64,000 nt of DNA, from NCBI GenBank assembly GCA_964414295.1, contig CAYPVU010000031.1, positions 17,885 through 81,884 of the forward strand, written 5' to 3'. Origin of the DNA: an uncultured Candidatus Saccharibacteria bacterium. GTDB taxonomy: Bacteria; Patescibacteriota; Dojkabacteria; J137. Positions 60,299 through 64,000 of this stretch are shown one piece after another. The position numbers and the translations under genes are program-made. The first letter of the stretch is position 1; every line of letters begins with the position of its first letter. The notes under the pieces are model-generated. The model worked only from the letters and a program-made list of their open reading frames with translations. It was not told where the DNA came from and did not search any database.

Positions 60299-61555
60299 TT
60301 CCTTTTTTAAGGAAAATAGAATTGCTAGTAAAAAAAGGAAGTCCATTATGTTTACTATACCATTCTCGTGAATTAGACTTCTAAACATCCATGCAGCTAG
60401 TGCTATAAAAGTAAAATCCCACATACGAACCTTCTTTTTATTAAACATATTTATAAAACTATTTAGTATAAATGCAGTAAATATACTTACTACTATAAGT
60501 CCGTTTTGAGTTAGTATATCTAATAAAAAGTTATGAGCTCTATCTACCAGTAAGCCTTTTATTAACCCATACTGTTTAAATACTTCGCCTAAAGTATCAA
60601 ATCCAAATCCAAAAAATATAATTTTTAATTGCTCTAAACTTAGTGGCTGAGTAAATATATTTAGTATTGAATTATAAATTTCAATTCTTAGATTATATTC
60701 AGTGTTTAACCTAAGAAATATAATCGCACAGACTATTAAACCAATAGTTATTAAGGTTAATATTATTGCGAATATTCGTTTCGGCAAAACTTCATATAGT
60801 AATACAATACTTATTGCAAAAGCTGCTGATATAATTCCCCATTCGGAATATGTAAGACCTAAAATTACTAAAAATCCAAAAATTAAAAGTCCAAAGTAAA
60901 TTTTAGTAATAACTCTTAATGTTTTATTAGTATTAAGTCTTAATCCAAAGTAAAAAGCTGATAATATTATTGCCAGTAACAATCTGCCAGCAAACCAATT
61001 CGCTTGACCAAAAGTTCCGTTAACCCAAATGCCTTGTAATATTGCATCCGGATTAACAGTTGATAATTCATTAAACTGATTTAAAGCTACACCGCATTGA
61101 ATAATAGTAGAAAATATAAAACTTAACGAAACTATGTGCCAGTTATTTACATTAATGCTTTTATATACTCCATAAGCTCCCCATAACATTAGTAAGTATG
61201 TAATTGCACCCTGCAACCTAAAGTAATTACCCCAGACAGCAATCTCTAAATATGGGGATAATATAGTAGATACTATAAAAAGAACAGAAATTAAGGCTAT
61301 TATCCAAAATGATCGAGTAATCTTAACTGATTTTTCTTTAAAACTTTTAACGCAGAAGGCACTTGTAGAAAACAATATAATTATTGAGCAGATAATCTGT
61401 AAAAATAATACCTTTGGTAATTCGTAGCCTCTAGGCAAGGTATTGTAATCCACTACAAAAGGAGATACAGCAATTCCTACTGCTGCAGTTAGAATTATTA
61501 ATAATTTAAAAATACTAATAGAATCTCTTTTTAATAAATTTTTTAGAAATTTCAT
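60266..61555 (-). CDS. Polytopic membrane protein (possibly O-antigen ligase/Wzy-like)
   Basis: More than 10 TM helices. Weak family assignment. Confidence 0.4.
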   Translation of the reverse strand: MKFLKNLLKRDSISIFKLLIILTAAVGIAVSPFVVDYNTLPRGYELPKVLFLQIICSIIILFSTSAFCVKSFKEKSVKITRSFWIIALISVLFIVSTILSPYLEIAVWGNYFRLQGAITYLLMLWGAYGVYKSINVNNWHIVSLSFIFSTIIQCGVALNQFNELSTVNPDAILQGIWVNGTFGQANWFAGRLLLAIILSAFYFGLRLNTNKTLRVITKIYFGLLIFGFLVILGLTYSEWGIISAAFAISIVLLYEVLPKRIFAIILTLITIGLIVCAIIFLRLNTEYNLRIEIYNSILNIFTQPLSLEQLKIIFFGFGFDTLGEVFKQYGLIKGLLVDRAHNFLLDILTQNGLIVVSIFTAFILNSFINMFNKKKVRMWDFTFIALAAWMFRSLIHENGIVNIMDFLFLLAILFSLKKELHRFNRFNTQ

Positions 61556-61606
61556 ATGGTTTTGCCTTTAGAGATATTAACAGATAAACTGTTATGAATA
61601 AATGTT

Positions 61607-62620
61607 ATGCATATGAATAGATTCTTAAAGGCAGCTTTTGTATTCATTACTTGCTTATTAGTAATTACCTTTATAGCCCTACTACCAAATATCAATAGAT
61701 TTTCCGAGCCACTAGTTCCTGTTATTTCTTATAGTACCCCAGAGTATACAAATTCAAAAGACACAAATACATTAGTAAAAATGCTTTTTTTAGGAGATAT
61801 TATGATGGCAAGAACAATAGGATCTTCCATTCTTAATGGGGATGATCCATTTAAAAATATCAATCAAAAGTTTAATGAGTATGATGTTATTGTAGGAAAT
61901 CTAGAAACTGTTGCTTCTGACCCGAAGTACGCAGTTCAAGCTACGGGTAAATTATTCACTTTTAACTCTCCAATAGAATCTATTGATGTGCTTAAAAAAA
62001 ATAAAATAGAAATTGTAAGCTTGGCAAATAACCATACTATGGATTACGGCCCAGCAGCATTAGTAAACACAATGGATAATCTTAAGAGCAGAGGTGTTTT
62101 ATACGTAGGTGCAGGCAATAATATAAATGAAGCATTTGCTCCTAAATATCTAAACTACAAAAATACTATAATTGCATTTTTGGCTTTTAACGATATTGAA
62201 AACTGGTTTGCAGATGCAACAGATTATTCAGCAGGTTCTGCATTTTTTAATAAAGAACGGATTCAAAACTCTTTAAAAGAAGCTAATGAGAAAGCAGATA
62301 TTGTTATTGTAATGCCCCACTGGGGAATTGAATATTCCCTTACTAACTCTCCAAGGCAGCAGGAGTTTGGCTATTTTTTTATAGACAATGGTGCAGATGT
62401 TGTAATCGGTGCTCATCCACATGTAGAACAAAATGAAGAAGAATATAATGGTAAAAAAATCTATTACTCTTTAGGTAATTTTGTATTTGATGATATGTGT
62501 CCTATTCCTAATGCTTGTGATGCTTCTATTGTAGAAGTAATTATTGAAAATAAACAATTAATCTCAAGTTCTTCTATTAAAGTAAAACTGCAAGATAATG
62601 GTTATCCCGAATTAAAGTAA
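61607..62620 (+). CDS. CapA/PgsA-family metallophosphatase (PGA_cap)
   Basis: [26 protein letters not shown] and VIGAHPHV motifs. Confidence 0.75.
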   Translation: MHMNRFLKAAFVFITCLLVITFIALLPNINRFSEPLVPVISYSTPEYTNSKDTNTLVKMLFLGDIMMARTIGSSILNGDDPFKNINQKFNEYDVIVGNLETVASDPKYAVQATGKLFTFNSPIESIDVLKKNKIEIVSLANNHTMDYGPAALVNTMDNLKSRGVLYVGAGNNINEAFAPKYLNYKNTIIAFLAFNDIENWFADATDYSAGSAFFNKERIQNSLKEANEKADIVIVMPHWGIEYSLTNSPRQQEFGYFFIDNGADVVIGAHPHVEQNEEEYNGKKIYYSLGNFVFDDMCPIPNACDASIVEVIIENKQLISSSSIKVKLQDNGYPELK

Positions 62621-63055
62621 TCTTCTTTTTTCTTTTAGTAGATCTCTTATTTCTGTAAGAAGCTCTTCTTGTTTATTTACTACCTGTTTAGCTTCTTTCT
62701 TTTCCTGCTTTTTTTGTTCTAATTTTATTGAATTTAATGCTTTAACTACAAGGAATATACAAGCGGCAACAATTAAAAAATCAAATGTATTTTGTAAGAA
62801 ATTGCCGTAATTTATTGTAACAGCTGGTACAGTATTGCCAGCAGCGTCTATATATTCAGGTTTAAGAATAAACTTTAAAGCGGTAAAGTTTACCCCGCCA
62901 ATAATTAAACCAATTGGAGGCATAAATATATCTGCTACTAAAGAAGATACAATCTTTCCAAATGCTGCTCCAATAATTACACCAACGGCAAGATCAATTA
63001 CATTGCCTTTTACAGCAAAGTTTCTAAATTCTGATAAGAGTCCCATAAATTTCAT
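62612..63055 (-). CDS. mscL: Large-conductance mechanosensitive channel
   Basis: [31 protein letters not shown] is a canonical MscL TM1. Confidence 0.85.
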   Translation of the reverse strand: MKFMGLLSEFRNFAVKGNVIDLAVGVIIGAAFGKIVSSLVADIFMPPIGLIIGGVNFTALKFILKPEYIDAAGNTVPAVTINYGNFLQNTFDFLIVAACIFLVVKALNSIKLEQKKQEKKEAKQVVNKQEELLTEIRDLLKEKRRLL

Positions 63056-63087
63056 GACATAAGGTTATACTAACAATTATACATCAA

Positions 63088-63852
63088 TTAATACCTTAGT
63101 TTTGCTACAAAAGGGACTTCTAAAAGTGGCGAATCTTTATCTAGTACAAAAACCTCACCTCCTGTTTCAAATACTTTTTTTAGAATCCAATCGTTCAAAT
63201 TTTCTGTTTCTACAGATCCATCTGTTTTAGTTGTATATGGTAGATCTCTATTTAATATATATCCTTTAGTTCTAAAGTCTTCCTTTATGTAAACTTTTTG
63301 AATTCTAGCTTCAGCAGCAGCTGATACAATATCTTCAAGCTCTTTTTTAAAAGTTCCGTCAATACTAGTTTTATATTTATTTAGCTTTTCTTCTGTAATC
63401 TTGTTTGTACAATTTGCTAAAGCTTGTTTAAATTCATTCTCAAAGTTTGCCTCATTATCAATTATCTTTATTTCTAAACAAGGTGCTGCACTAGAAAAGA
63501 ACTTTAATTGTTCAGTTAAAAAGTCAGCAAAGGGAGCAAAGTCATTTGAATAAAATACAATAATATTTTTGTACTGATTTTGCTGTTTCGCAAATTCTTT
63601 CAAGTTTTCAATTGCATCATTAAGTATCTTTTTTGAAAACTTAGACTCTTTTTCATCTGCAGCACTTCCTCCATGTATTACTCCGGTTGCTCCAGGTGTT
63701 CTATTTCTAAATCTATCTTCGTATGCTTCCAGAATTACATTTTCAATAGTTTTTATGTGTTTAAATTCACTATTTAATAAAAAGAACTTTGTTTCTTTTC
63801 TAGAAATATAAATACATAAATTATCTTCAAAGTTCTGAGTCATTTTAAACAA
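63088..63852 (-). CDS. hypothetical protein (254 aa)
   Basis: ORF with no confident motif. Confidence 0.4.
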   Translation of the reverse strand: MFKMTQNFEDNLCIYISRKETKFFLLNSEFKHIKTIENVILEAYEDRFRNRTPGATGVIHGGSAADEKESKFSKKILNDAIENLKEFAKQQNQYKNIIVFYSNDFAPFADFLTEQLKFFSSAAPCLEIKIIDNEANFENEFKQALANCTNKITEEKLNKYKTSIDGTFKKELEDIVSAAAEARIQKVYIKEDFRTKGYILNRDLPYTTKTDGSVETENLNDWILKKVFETGGEVFVLDKDSPLLEVPFVAKLRY

Positions 63853-64000
63853 ATTAGTTAAGGAAAATACCTTACTGCAACTTTGATAATCGCTTACTGG
63901 GATGTCAGAAAAAACAACAACTATACTTTCATTTAAAGTAAAGTTTAAATCTTCTGGAGTGCTAAAGTCAGCTGCAATAAATATTCCTACAGATTTTTTA

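Noticed and set aside
1-64000. Alternative genetic code (stop-codon reassignment) to explain the in-frame TAA at 9179
   Set aside because: TAA, TAG and TGA each terminate long, well-conserved genes elsewhere. Examples are TGA at 7376-7378, TAG at 3227-3229 and TAA at 4539-4541. Standard code 11 therefore fits.

Overview
The window is AT-rich (about 30% GC) and reads like a small-genome bacterium, possibly a CPR/Patescibacteria-like lineage. The standard genetic code applies, since TAA, TAG and TGA all terminate long ORFs.

Two genes in divergent/convergent arrangement appear leaderless, with a -10 element about 7 nt upstream of the ATG.

Most of the window is housekeeping, with dnaA, dnaN, ftsK, tyrS, argS, dnaJ, sodA, msrA, tsaD, rsmI, rpsT, holA, mscL, FemAB paralogs, a Mur ligase, an ABC efflux set and several glycosyltransferases.

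The accessory, most interesting part is the first 11 kb. It holds a tightly overlapping four-gene restriction-modification-like operon. Its genes are a C-protein-like HTH, a Zn-ribbon COG1743/DUF1156-like amino-methyltransferase, a second amino-methyltransferase, and a 945-aa Mrr-like nuclease fused to an SF2 helicase.

This is followed directly by a lexA-led operon: lexA, a DUF2188 protein, a small membrane protein, and a GHKL-ATPase/PD-(D/E)xK nuclease gene that is split by one in-frame TAA.

The island sits between two copies of a hairpin-containing ~45-bp repeat upstream and GC-rich (about 50% GC) foreign-looking small genes downstream.

Other points worth noting:
- an ECF sigma/anti-sigma pair next to Cys-repeat surface proteins;
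- an archaeal-type TyrRS next to tyrA;
- a dnaA-dnaN arrangement interrupted by three hypothetical genes, with a perfect palindromic DnaA-box pair upstream of dnaA and a second origin-like AT-rich region upstream of dnaN.

No tRNA, rRNA or CRISPR array was recognised.
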